Source: Rhodosorus marinus CCMP1338
Lineage: Eukaryota > Plantae > Rhodophyta
Direction: 5' to 3'
DNA: 64,000 nucleotides
Assembly: GCA_029953675.1 (NCBI GenBank)
Contig: JAMWBK010000003.1
Coordinates: 2,046,001 to 2,110,000, forward strand
In this document: piece after piece, positions 1 to 13,800 of the stretch
Layout: every line of letters begins with the position of its first letter
How positions within the stretch are numbered: the stretch's first letter is position 1
Notes under the pieces: generated by a model
What the model saw: the letters and a program-made list of their open reading frames with translations, nothing else
Told to the model about the DNA's origin: nothing
Database searches by the model: none
Program-made: the position numbers and the translations under genes

Positions 1-595
1 CTCGTTTCTTTTTTGGCCCCCGACATGTTTTACTTCACCAAAAAAAAATCACGGTCCTCCAGGACGAGTCTTTTTCCGCAAATAAACCAACTATACAAGG
101 TGAAGAAGAAGTGTTTCGTTCAACACCCACAAACTCTTACTCACTCGCTCATTCTAGGATGCCCCTATTGTTCGCTCACAAGACGATGAAACTAGCCAGT
201 GACTGTCCGAAAACAACATATGGACCAGCAAGACAGTCCTCCTCATGTTGCAAAGCGCCTTGCTCATTGCTCAGACGAATATGGAGGTCTTCTCTCAAGG
301 AGACACAGGTTTCCAATAGCTCGAGGACAAGTGATGCTTTGTGCACCCCTAGCAACCTCCTCCCCACTCTCCCGATCCTCGACCATCCCAGCTTGCTCGG
401 ATGGAGTCCACATACGGCTCCGCAGTGAAAAGGAAGTTGGGGACTGCTTCGAAATTGGAAAGAAGTATTGGAAGGGATTGGTAAATCTTCTCAATGAACA
501 GAAGGAGTTCTAATCGGAAGATCTGAATGAGCCCGGGTGGCGTCTAGGACCATATGGAGGAGTTTTGAGATAATCTGTTGATGTCTAATTGAAAG

Positions 596-3500
596 ATGGT
601 GAAATCTCGAATGAGTGTTTTGGATCTTGAGGTCCAAGTGAAGGAGCTTAGGAGACGTTTAGTAGGATCTAAAGTGGTTAATGTATATGATGTCACCGAA
701 AAGGTGTACACGATCAAACTGAGCGTACCTCCGAGGAGAAAATCGATTGCCACCACTGAGGAGTCCCCTAGCGAGCAGCAGGTTGCGGATCAGTCAGAGG
801 CCGGCACACAGGGCCAGCAGGTTGGCGTGAAAGAAGGATGGCAGAAGGTGCTTTTGCTGATTGAAAGTGGGATTAGAGTCCACACCACCTTGTTTGATCG
901 GGAGAAGGGAGATGCCCCATCCGGGTTCACAGCAAAGATGAGAAAACATCTCAGAAACAAGAGGCTGGACGGTATCGAGCAACTCATGTCGGACCGAACG
1001 TTCAAATTGATTTTCACGTCTTCCTCTGAAACGTGTCATCTCATTATTGAGTTGTACTCGGCTGGAAACATCATTCTCACGGATGGTGAATACAAGATCA
1101 TTGCCCTGCTTCGAGTGTTTCGACCCAAGGACGAAACCAAGTACTCCCCGCGCGTGGTAGGTGCAGTGTACCCCATGTCAGCTGCAAGAACGAAAGATCC
1201 TCTTACAGAATCTTCCGTCCGAGACGCGATTGAAACCAGCGAGGGTAACAAGGAGCTCAGGAAAGTCCTCGCGCACAAGACTCTGTACGGAATCCAGAGC
1301 GCTGAACACGCCCTCGTTGAGAACCAACTCAAGTTGAACGTCTTGGTCAAGGTATGCCGTACACAGCGGAAGGAGGTGACCTCGACACATCGCCCAATGT
1401 TAACACTTTGGCTCTGGACATAACCATCGCCAGGATATCGAGTCTTCAAGAAATGAAGCGATCCCCAAGATCACAACATCGATTGTAGAACTGGAAAAGC
1501 GACTAGCAGACGAGCCCGACCAAGACGCGCAGAGCCCGGGATATATTTTGCTACGCCAAGGCCTGGAATTGGAAGATGGAGAGGTTGCTTATGAGGATTT
1601 CACTCCGGTTCTACTCGCTCAATACAAGAATCGCCCGAACAGAGAGTTCAAGACGTTTGGTGAAGCCATGGATGAGTATTTTACGAACATAGAGAAGCAG
1701 AGGGAGCAAACTCAGAAGCAGAAGAAGGAGAATGCAAAGATCAAAAAGGTGGGCAGCAATTAAATCCTCTTTAGGAATAGCCCTAGTAGCTTGGTTTTGA
1801 CGGGCTGGGAAAGACGTTCTGACGCCAAACTGGCTTCGCCTTTGGGAACGCGTGAAAATGCGCAACTAGGTTGAGAAGCTCAAGAATCAGCTCGACGGGA
1901 GGGTCATAGAGTTGGAAAACCAGGAGATTTCGAGCATGGAAAGCGCTAGGCTCATTGAGGACAACGTTGAAGAGATTGAGACCGCGTTGACAGTTTTCCG
2001 AAGCGCGGTAGTGTCTGGCATGGATTGGAAAGAGCTCGATAGGATGTTGAAAGAGGAGCAGGAGAACGATAACCCACTTCTTAGAATTGTCCACTCCCTC
2101 CATTTGGACCGCGGTGAGATCACCGTTAAGTTGACTCCGAGAAGCTATTATGATGAGTTTGATGATGAAGGGTTTGAGACTGAGGATGTTGCAATGCCCA
2201 AACTCGTCAACATCAACCTCAACATGACGCCCCGGCAAAATGCTGAGCAATACTTTCGAATGAAGAAGACGTCGACCCAGAAAAAGGTACGCAAGCCCCG
2301 AAATAAGTGCCATCACAGAATTTGGCTCAAGTAATAGCCGTCTTCTCACCCACCCGTTGCAGATGAAAGCGGAGGATGCCGGCGCGAAGGCACTGAAAAG
2401 TGCGGAGAAGAAGGCCGCTGGGGAGGTGCAGAAGATCAGAGCCACTCAAGCAATCCGACAAAAAAGGAAGCCCTTTTGGTTTGAGAAATTTCACTGGTTC
2501 ATCTCGAGTCAGAACTACCTCATTATTTCTGGACGCGACGCGCAACAGAATGAGCTGGTTGTGAAACGGTGAGTTTTATTTTTAGCGATGAGTCGGTCAA
2601 GGAAAGGACGGGGAAAACGAAGATCAGACACACGGATCTGAAGCGCGGGGTACACCCTTGTTTCTGCTGAAGGTACATGGCCGATAACGACGTTTACTTT
2701 CATGCAGACGTACATGGCGCAGCATCTGTAATCGTGAAGAACACACCGAACGCGACGATCGATTCCATCCCGCACGCTACTTTAATTCAAGCTGGGAACT
2801 TTGCCATGTGTCGGTCGGTAGCCTGGATAAATAGGATTGTTACGTCCGCGTGGTGGGTACGGCCCAGTCAAGTATCGAAGACCGCACCATCTGGGCAGTA
2901 TGTCTCTACGGGAAGCTTTGCCATAAGAGGGAAAAAGAACTTCTTACCACCCATGGCATTGGAATTCGGACTGGGGATGCTATTCAAGGTCGACGATTCC
3001 TGTATAGAAAATCATGCTGGAGAAAGGAGCAGAAAAAGCAGCGGCCCGGACATAGACTCAAGCGTTCATTCTTTCGGAGATCACAGCTCTGAGCTCCTTG
3101 ATGAGCTAGATGATACCGAAGGGTTGGTTGATGAGGCAATTGACCCAGTTGATGGAGCCGGTGAGGTTGCGGATTTCGAAGACCGGACCGCTAGCGACGC
3201 AGCTGAGGGTGAATCGGACGAGGTCCCGCTGCAAGCTGAAAAGGATGATGAGCGGGTCGACCCGCCTGGCCTGGGTTCCAATCGCGAGAGTGCTGCCTCT
3301 CACGAGGATGTCACAGATGCTATTGCGGTTGGTCAAAAGACTGATAGGTCAGTAAGCGAAGCTGCGGATCTGTTTGAAAAGTTCGCTCAAACGCATGAAA
3401 ACCCTGAGATTGTTATTGAGGAAAACGCGAACTCCGACTCTGCCGCAGACACACCACAACGAGAAGGTAAGTGGTGGACTAGATTCCTTGCAGCACTCCA

Positions 3501-4420
3501 GCCATCAGACTTGCTAACAGAGGAGCCCATTCATTGATTCCCAAACTACGAAGGTCGACAGTATATAACTGCAAAGCAGAGACGGAAAATGAAGAAAGGG
3601 CTCAATCCTGATGAGGAGTCACCTGGATCTAGTTCGGCACAGCATGACATTCAGAAATCCCCGGCAGAGAAGGGCGTCCCAGCCAAGCCACCAGCTTCAA
3701 TACCGAGAGGAAAGCGTAATAAGCTTAAGCGAATTAAGAAAAAATACGGAGATCAGGACGAGGACGAACGAGAGCTTGCATTGGAAGTTCTCGGTAGTGT
3801 AGCTGTTAAGGAACATGTGCCGGAAGAACCAACGACGGACGAATTGGCAGGGGAAGAGGGTATGCCAAACGAGCAAGTGCTCGAGGATGGCGAGCCACGG
3901 ACGAAACAAAAGGGCGCCAAACAAACACAAAAACGAGGGGAAGACGATGTGCCAGTTAACCATGATGTGCTCGAATCGATGTCAAAGTCAGCTCTTGACG
4001 TGCTCACCGGCAACCCACGCAGAGATGACATCATTCTTCACGCTGTACCTGTTTGTGCTCCGTACAGTGCTCTCGTGAACTACAAATACCGCGTCAAGCT
4101 TCTCCCAGGGAGTTTGAAGAGAGGCAAGGCATACCAGCAAAGCGTGTCATATTTCGGTAATATTTCTGGAAAGGATACGGCCGGGTAAGCTGGATCTGCT
4201 TCCCCATTCGTCGTTGGAAAGGCTTTGTATAATTGTATTCCATTCTGACAATGCTCCTCGTGCCGTTCCGCGCAGACAATTACAAAAACAGGCGATCAAG
4301 TCAGTTCCAGACACCGAAGCCATGCCAGCTATGTTAGCCAATGTCAGGGTCGCTGCAGCAGGGCTGCAGAAGTCACAAACCCATGGAAAACAGAAGAAGG
4401 GTGCGTCGAAGAAACGATGA
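596..4420 (+). CDS. NEMF: Ribosome quality control subunit NEMF/Rqc2 (NFACT family), multi-exon
   Basis: N-terminal [18 protein letters not shown]...VVNVYDV; [13 protein letters not shown] and [13 protein letters not shown]; [27 protein letters not shown]; [24 protein letters not shown]; C-terminal [31 protein letters not shown]. The ORF pieces are joined by GT-AG introns near 1352, 1750, 2287, 2569, 3468 and 4185. Confidence 0.96.
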
Positions 4421-4802
4421 ATTGTGCTAGTTCGTACCCGACAGGACGCAGCGTGCAGATGACCTGGACCACAAAGCCCGAAGTGCAACCCACCAAATAG
4501 TCCGCTGACTTAAAAAAAGCCCAATTTGCCAAGCCGTGTTTGCAATATCGGGTTTACCAACTCAGTTTGGAGACTGGAAAAGCCTAGGCAAAAATTCGGC
4601 TACTGTACAGAGTTTAGTCTCCGTTTCATGCAGTTAACACAATTTTCACTTGTTTTTACTTGTCACCTGTGAAAAGACTAATACGACTATGAACCTTCTT
4701 TGATTCCTCTTTGCTATTCTCGATCGCACAGGGAATGAAAACGCAGTCTGTGGCCACGGTCCGTGGCCACGGACGAATTCTGTCTCTACGCTAGCGTCAA
4801 CT

Positions 4803-7800
4803 TCAGAGGACACTCCTGAGAGCCTCGAAGAACCCCTGGCTCTCCTCTGGGTTTGTCTGGGCGGACTCGATCGCTTTTAGAAACGACTCACTGTCGTACA
4901 CTTGGTGTCCTTCGTAGAACTGCACCAGCTCCAGCACCCTGTCAGAATAGTACATGCCCTGCGCAAGCTGTTGCCTGAAGTGAAGCTTCCAATTCTCGCT
5001 TAGGTCGTGCTTAAAGAACCTCTGAACCATATGAACGAATGCAATTGTTGCTAGCGCCTTTTCCTTTCCAAGCTCCTTCTGAGCATGTCTTAAAAATGCT
5101 GGCGCTTTCTCCAACCAATCTTCAACAGAAAGGAAACAGATCGAGAACGCGAGATAGTAGGCTAGCTCATCCCCTCCAGTCTCCAAAAATCCTTTCAGCG
5201 TCTCGGTCATAGAAACAACCTCGTCCTCGTGGCTTGATTCCAAATGGAGCCCCAACTGCAAGAAGTACGGGATGAGAGAGGCGTTCGAATGTGCCCCTCC
5301 GCCCTGCGTGTCTCTCGAGAAGGCGGTCATATCTCCAGCTCCGAAACGAACGAGCGATGACCCAAGATCATGAAGCAGGAGTTGGAGCTGTGTCAATCCG
5401 CTATGACCCAGAGTGTGGTTCCGGAAGAAGTACTGGTCGATCGCATCAGAGTATGCCCTTCTAGAGCTCTTCGTAATACTAGGCTGGACGTTTGGCAGCG
5501 CCCCGACCACGATCGTCGGTGGTTCCAGCGGGAAGAGGTTGTTGCATTTCGTCTGGGAATTCCTCAACGCGGACCCCTCCCACTCGTCTCTCGGTCTGCT
5601 GGAGGAGCGATCTAGTCGAACGGACTCCCGATGACATGAGTAGTGAATAGCGTTCAAATGCGTCACGGTCGTGTAAAAGAAATTCATTTGATAGTCCGCT
5701 GATGACCAACTCGAGACATCTGTGGTGTCCTCTTCTTCCGGTTGCCGTTCACTCGCTGCCACTCGCTTACAGTACACATACAGCCCCAGAATCTCGTCTG
5801 GCTTGGACTGGAATCCATCCCGGCACACTAAGCAAGTTGGCCCCTTCTCCTCTTCGATTCCCTCCATCACGATGCACTTGGGCACACTGGAGGCGCTCAG
5901 CTGGTGCTGCGAGCTTGAACCCGAATCATCGCCCATGGAAACTACTCCTGCCTCCTCCAATACCGCTCGACGTCTAGCGGCAGCTGCTGCCCGTCGTGCA
6001 TCCTTTATCTCCTTCCTGAACTTCTTCACTTCCGTCTCGATCTTTGGTAGAACCATGACCTCATCAAGAAGCTCCTCAGCAACCGCACCTATAGCCGAAG
6101 CAGATGACACGGTCTCTAGAGTGGTCAGGGTCGGAATCATAGGGAGCAAGTATTCAACTATCCTGCCCTTGTAGAAATCCCCGCAAGTCCTTGGCATCCT
6201 TGCCAATCCCTGAAGCAACCTCAAAACTAGCGCCGGACCAGAAAGGATCAGAGAATGTTCCCAAGCGGCCAAGTTGTCCTTTCGAGGTAGCGGAAAGTGA
6301 CTGCTCAAGTATTCCTCGGATTCGTCTGCCAGCCCTTTCTCCATTAGCGATAAGCGAATAAACTCGTCCTCGTGCCTCGATGAGGCGTTAAGCAGACTCG
6401 ACAGTCGTTTGAGGACTGTTTGCGTTGATTCACTGGAGTCGAGCTGCGAGAGAGTTAGCCTTGTGAGGAAATAATCGATCAACATCTTCTGTGCTGGTTC
6501 CACTCCACGACAGATGAACGGAATCACTTCCAGAAGCGCTGCCTCCGCAAGCGATGAGGACTGATCAAGCTGTTCCAGGAAGACCTTCACGAGATACATG
6601 ACGTCTTCATCGTGTAGTAGTTTCGTTCGCTCGATCTCATCGGAAGGGCTCGACGTTTCAGATTCATACTCGGCAAGAATCGAAGCAGACATTGAGAGCA
6701 GGATCTCCGCCGAATGGGCTGCCGCCTTGTCGCGAGCCCAAAACGCTGCAGCGCTGAATTCTAGTAGTTTCGAAAGTACGTCTCTCTTTGCGAGCGTGAG
6801 CCGATTCGATCGAATCTTACAACTCGCTTGCAAAAGTTCAAGGGCCGTTGACCTAACATTTTCCTTCCAAATGCTCAAATTCTCAACCTCTAAAATCAGC
6901 TTCAGCAGCAGGTCAAGGCCCCCAGTCTCTGCAACGATGGATGTTTCCGCAAATTCTATTTCCGGATCAATCTTCTCATCTTCTGGTTCCTCCAGACTAT
7001 CCACAATCGGCTCAGTTGCCTGTCCGTCAAGACCCGAGAGTCTATAAACCACCACCATTGGAGTATCAACTTCTGTGTCCGTCTGTTCAACCTCTTGAGG
7101 TTGTCGTTGAGACGGTCTCCATATGTGCTCATAAACGCTTCGAATGCTCAAGTCCAAAGTTAGCAATTTCCCTGCAACAAGTAGCTCCAGGCCAAAGTCA
7201 TCCTCTAAGAGCCCAGTCAGCTCGAGGTCTCTACAAATTTTGTTCTTAACATCCCGCATAACCAGGCCGATCGACGTCGATGGGTAAGCGCCGCGAGAGA
7301 GATTTCCACGAATAAATTCCTCTTGGGTTGGAGATTTTGTGAATATGATCTCGTAGACTGGTTCCGCCTTGTGGGGACATAACATTTCACGCAGTTGCTC
7401 TAGTAGAATAGACAAAGAACGAGCATCCGTCGAGTTGTAACTGAGAATTGATTCGCTTACGAAGGCCCTCAGGACATCCTTCTTGTCATCCAGGCTATCC
7501 ATCAACCGAAGTATTGCCAAGAGGGACTCGGAACATTCGTCCGTCAATTTGGTTCTCTGCACCACTAGCTTTCGAATCGTCAAGTACGCTCTGAGCAGCG
7601 AAGATATCAAGTCCTTGCTGCGAACTTCACTGAAATTCTTTGCCGACATACCCCGCAGGGTGATCTTCATAAGCTCGGCCAGTCGACGCAGGGCGTAACC
7701 TTGCGAGAAGGAAAACCGGTCGAGCCTGGACTCAGATTTCTGCAGCGCTTCAGCTTCCGCTGCGATCTGGCTCGAAATATTCGGGAGCAGCACAGACCGA

Positions 7801-10800
7801 ACAACGTAAGGCATAGAATTGACATCAGCATCTCCCAATACCCGGGCAAACCAGTCGAAAAACTCGCCGGCATCTTCGCCGGTTCCAGCACGCATAGACC
7901 TCAACTGATCGCTAAGGCTGCTTATAAGCTCAGCCTCTCTATTGTCCTCTTCGTGAAGGGTTTCTAGTATATCAATGCTCTCTCCACGTACATCTGAACA
8001 TGGGGATTTCAGAGCAACCTTCATTCCCCAGACCCGGAATTTCTCATCCGCCAACAATTGCTTTAGCGGGCTCCGTGCTTGGTGCTCCCGCCTGGCCACA
8101 TTCCGAAGAATCCTTAGAGCTGGCAGAACGACATGCTCCGCCAGTGATGCAGAGTTCATATCACCAGCCTTCAGAAAATACTTCAGCAGCTTCTTCATGA
8201 ATAGCTCCTCCCAATAGGTGCCAGCTAGACTGCCGATGCACTCGAAAGTGTTTAGATCTGCGGCAAGTAGAGAACCAACGTCGACCTCCGTAAAGATTGA
8301 CGTGCATGCTTCTAACTTCAAGGACAGTCTGTCCGCAAGTCGGGCCAGCAATAGTTCCGACGAAACCGCAATCGTTGCTACTATCTTTCTGCAGGTTGAC
8401 GCGGATGCCCTGGACAGATCGAGGACGTCTTCGTTCTCCGTTATGGCTTCCACTAGCCCACTCTCCACAAGCGTCGGCTTCGCTATGCCGACGTTCGTCA
8501 ACAAGTCGCTCACCAGCTCTGAACACCTCATCACGAAGAACGCCGCACAACCGAAACAATTCATTCCATCCTCCTCCTCCTCCCCTACTGCAACATCAAC
8601 GGGTACTTTGCCAACAGTGTACCTCAGAAGTTCCTTGCGGATCGCGGTTAGGCCTTGAATTGTCCTCGAGAGTGAAACGTAGGCTGTCGCACACTCCTTC
8701 CCGTAGACGCTGGCGAGGATCGCCGTCTTCTGATTAATCTTTGAAGAAACCGCTTGCATAGATGATCCACCAGGTCGGGATAGAATGTCGCTGCCAGAGT
8801 TTGCCCGTGATCCTGTCATCGCGGCAGCGAGCGAGCGGTCCAAAAATGCGACAGCACCGTCGTCGTCACCTTCTGCTCGCGCAATTCTCCTCAGAATCGT
8901 AGGCAAAGGCGATTCAAGTTCGCTTATGTCAATCGTTGCCCTCTCCATGTCCGTGAGTTGCGCAGTGTCCGGCGCATTATCATAAATGCTCTCGTCTTCC
9001 ACAGTATCGTTAATCAGGTTCCGAATCGTCTCACCGAGAACGCGGAGGTTGTCATATTGCTTCTGGACAAAGGTTATCTCCTTCTCAATTATTGAAGTAG
9101 TCCTCAACCTATCAGCTTCATTGACTATCCTCTCAGCTGAAAACGAGGTAGCGCTCTGAAGGGTGAACTCGAACTTGCCATGCTTGCAATAGCCGCACTC
9201 AATGCAAAGGAATGCGTCCAAATTCTCGTAGTTGATATTTCGACACTGACGGCATTGATAGGCGTTCTCATCGCAGTTTCGACAGATTCCATGTCTGTCG
9301 GAGACTGTCCGCGAACATCTAGGGCAAAGCAGTCTCTCTGAAGAGGAAGCTCCGTCTCCGTCCGTCGAATGCAGTTCTGCAAACTCGAACATAAGGTTCG
9401 CTGCAACGATCGGAATTGAAAATGTGAGCTTCGCTTCTGTCTGTCGAAGCCCCAAAGTAATCGCCTTGGACATTCTCCACGGGTGGCTAGCTGAGTTAAG
9501 CTCAGATACCTCGTCAACAGGTCGACAGGAATACAGAACGTTGATCGTCCGCACTCTGCACGATCTGCCCGTGTGCACAACTTTCAGAGATATCGAGGAG
9601 ATTGCTTGCTGAGATTGCAGACAGCATAAAATTGCGCGATCCGTGTACTTCGTTTCCGAGCTGATGTTGTCCAACTTGGACAAGGTCGGGCTTCGATCTT
9701 CGATTCCCAATGCACATATAGCGCACACATCCGACTCCAGGAAGAAACCGTTGAGTTCTAAGACACTATCCAAATGCTTGTACAGGTAGCAGTTCGGATG
9801 GTTCTTGAGAAAGCCTAAGCCTCTTATCATAGACTCGCTAACGCTTTTCGCAACACGCTTGCAGTAGTCTTCATCATCAGAGTTTGTCTTGGAACAAAGC
9901 GAAACAAGCGAGGCAAACTCTTCGCATTGATGACCTTCAGATCCCATAGCAGGGATGAACCTCAGAATCAGTTCCTTGATCTCCCCGTAGAATTCAACGT
10001 TTGACTCCTTTGACGACAAGAGCAGACCCCGCACTATTTCAGTCGCCGCTACACGAACGTCTTGTGATGCACTTCCCAAGCAATAATTTCGGACAAGCAT
10101 GTTCAGCCTGCAGTTGCTGTCTTCAATCCACGTTTCAAAGTCAACCGGCGACTCGGAGTCCAGTTCACTCTCAGCCACTTGGTCATCATCAAGCTCCGCA
10201 AGGCTAGCTTCCAACAACATCTTTTTTGCGTCTTCGTTTGTGTTTGCAAAGGCAGCTGCCAACAATCGCATCGAATACAACAAAAGCGGATCGCCGAAAG
10301 ATGACGCCACTTTCAGAAGTACCCAGGTCGCACCTTCCGTGCCGAGCTCTTTAGTCTTACAAAATTCCCTCCAGTTCCAAGGTCTCTTCCTCGCCAGTCC
10401 GAGCATCCCCGAGAGGCTCTCCCCGAGCTCAACTTGATCCTCGTATGAGGTTTCCTGTGAGTTTCCCTCAGCCTTCTTCAAAGCAACGCTTACTTTCTTA
10501 AGCCTCTGCTGGTAGAAGAACCTGTCCAGCTCTGAGTAATACTGGCCCCGGTCCAGGTTGCAAAGCAGGTGAAGCAGATTCTTCGCTGAGCGGGATGTCG
10601 CTTTCAGAGTCGCGACCCAGAGCATGCCCAAGTTCGGCAACTTGTCCTTCGCCAAGTAACCATAAAGGCAAGTGATCCTCCGTAAATCACTTATGCATTC
10701 ATCGGAAACTTCATCCCGGATAGACCACAAACTCTGAAGCACCTCCAACGCGGTTTCGGCTGTCAGCAGAGCCGACCTCGACGACTTCCGGTTTCCTCGT

Positions 10801-13800
10801 GTTCTGAAAACGTGGTTGAGAACGTCGGACGGAATTAGTGGATCCATTGAAGTAGTTGATCTGAACGGGCTTATGGACTGCACGGAGTCCTCATTGTCCT
10901 CATCGGTCTCTTGCTGCTGTGCAATTGAAAATCGCTCTTCAATCAGCGGCCATAGGTTTTCCAAGAGTCTAGCGAGACCTTCAAACAGCTCTCGACTCCA
11001 GATTAGAGATCGTCTATTGCTTTCGTTAGTCGACTCCGTTCCTTTCGCCATCACAGCGATTAATCGAAGCAGGAGGAACGCCTTCTCGAACATTGCCTGG
11101 TCCTCATTCTGCCAAATTTGGACGACTGCAACCTTATTCGCCAAGCACTCTCTCAGCTTAACCAATTCGTCTGTAATCAGCGCCGCACACTCCTCCGATC
11201 CAGTCACGAGCTTCTGCAAGAAATTCATAGCGTCAAACAAAATAATTCCTTTCGCACGATATCTCTTCGCAGATGTTGAATCGACGGCGGCGAGAAGCTC
11301 ACGAATTACGAACGTCATGAGTTTGATTTCTTCCTCGACGTCATGATCCGTACCGCTCAGCTGCTGCATGGACTCCATCACTACTTGAAACATGTGTTTG
11401 GAAGATATATTTCTTACATCCTCGTTGTCATTTGTCAAAAGAGCAAACAAGAGCGACGCGAGTTCCTGCTTCTCATCTGGATCGCTCGACATTCTGAATA
11501 TTGTGTAGTAAATACGCAGCAGGCTCACGGTAATGTCTCGCCTGTGATGAACAACCCTGACGCCAGAGTCCTGAACCGACTGGTGTAACACGGCGAGCGT
11601 ACGACAGTATTCAAGAATGTTTGTCGAAGACAGAAATCTTCTAAACTGCTCCGCATCGTCATCAATAATCCTTCCTGTAGCCAGCAGCATCTCCTCAATC
11701 TCCCTAGGCGCGTGCACTTCCCCCTCGATCAACCTTATGCCCCGGGAACGTAGCCGTTTCAACAAATTTTCTCGCATCAGCACGGCAAGCTCTGACCCTT
11801 CTTTCCGGTATTGCTTCTCCAAGATTGCTTTGCACTCTTTCCTAACAACATAGGAACTTTCTGGCATTTGGCTGAGCTCAACCATGAAAACAAGAAACTC
11901 TCCCAGCGCATTATCGTTCAGCTTCGCAAGAGGCATTCCGGATAGAGCGAGTGTTTCCTCCAAGAAGCTGCGCTTTTGCAGCGCTGTATTCCTGACCAAG
12001 TTCTCTATCTGTTGCTTGTGCCTCGCTTTCTCCTGCTGTTTTGAACGTTTCCTTTGCACTTTTCTCATTCGCTTCTCGTGCTTGCTCTTCATCTCCGAGA
12101 ATTCAGATACGTTCACTCCGTAAACTTCCAGGGCATCGAAAGCGCAGGTTCCGTCCGAAACATTGCTGCTCTGAGGAACTAGTTCGACTGTCACATCCCT
12201 TGGTGATGCAGCGGATTCGAAAACATTCAGGGGAATGTCAACCCAGCGTCGTGCACTCTGAACAATAGTCGCCGCGCATCGTCCAAAGACGTTTACTCTA
12301 GCGGGCACCCTCGACCTCGAACGCTCACAACTACCGAACAACATGCGGATCTACGAGGCATGAACTGGTTTGAGACGACCCCCGAAAAACAACCGCCTTA
12401 AAAAATTGTGAAAGGACATACCCCTGTTATGATATAGGACCTGTTCCTGGTCGATATCCGAATCTTAAATACTGCGTTCGGGGTCGGACTCACGACGCAC
12501 TCCGTTCCGGAGCCACGTACTGCGCGCCTCGCTTCCTCAGGGGACAAACCTCCATCGCAATCGAGAATGTCCCCTCCGAGCGTAATCTGTATTGCGGGCG
12601 AGAAAGTTGAGTCAGTAATCTACGCACGGAAAAAGATGTCTTCTTCACACTTGCAGAAAGCTCCCATACCTGATCCTTAATCTGACGACATTTTTCAAAG
12701 AATCCAACAGCAGAAGGCGCATGCTCCAGTTTGTTCTCATTTCCTGGTCCTTGGGCATCGCTGTACCTAGGCCTTGCAGGAAGAGATACTCCGTCTTCAG
12801 ACATAAGTGCGAATGTATGAACGCTCCCGTCCTCCGAGAGGACAGCTACGCTAGGTCTCTCTGGATAACCATCATTTGCTGCTTCACAAAATACAGCGCC
12901 AAAGATCTTTGACAAAACCTTAGGGGCTTGCTCTCCTATGTTCTGATGGTGTAGGCACCCGTTTGAGTTTCTCAAAAGCTTAACATGTACGGAATCGTTG
13001 GCTGCTTTTGCTGTACAGAGGAAGAAATTCGGAGCGTCGAGAGAATCGACAACAACCGCTTGCTCAAGTGCCGGAAAGACGGACTCAAATAGCATCATTT
13101 CGCAATCGCCAATAGCTTGGTATCCCACTCGACGGAACAAAACTGAGCCGTTGTCCAAAATAACGACTACTGAAAGAAGCCATTTCGACAGACACACGGA
13201 TATAGGTTTGCCTTCTGTTACCGTTTGAATATTGCGATCACAATGTAAAATATTATCCTGCTCATCGACAAGCGATGTCAGGCACGAGTACAGCAACCCG
13301 TTTCGCGTGATGCACACCACTTGAATCCTGCCTTCCTCAAAGTCCGCTGCAGTTCCCACCTTTCCGCTGGACGGTAACCGCATAAGACTGGAATCGATGA
13401 TCTCGTCTTCAGAATTCTCTAGTCGTAGGACTTTACAGGGTGCAACAACGCTCACGGACAGGTTGAACATGGACAGCTCAGCACCATGGGATACCGCAGC
13501 TAGACTCGGGTACCCTTTGACCCAGGTGGCCCTGAGTCCTTTTGTCTTCTGCTGACCAGTTGTCAAGTACGTGCTTCCCAGCTGTACTGCCCCGCAGTTC
13601 TGAAACTCTGATTGGTCGTATACTTCGAGGAACATGACCTTGTCGCTGTAGGACAGAAGCAGGTAGCGGGGGGTTTCCTGGTTGGCTTCTATCCTGCTGG
13701 GGCCCGAAGCGACTGTGTTTTGAGCCGTAGCCTTCACCCCTGACGAGTCAGCGTTCACGTCCGACTCTCCGAGAATCGAGCGAATATCAGACAAGAGCAC

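Noticed and set aside
203-217. 15-bp match GACTGTCCGAAAACA to the MITE E2 terminal region
   Set aside because: No TIR or further subterminal motifs nearby; could be chance.
1-513. Possible tail of an upstream gene (…EVGDCFEIGKKYWKGLVNLLNEQKEF*) with intron-like stretches
   Set aside because: No consistent exon chain or recognisable domain could be built from the visible sequence.
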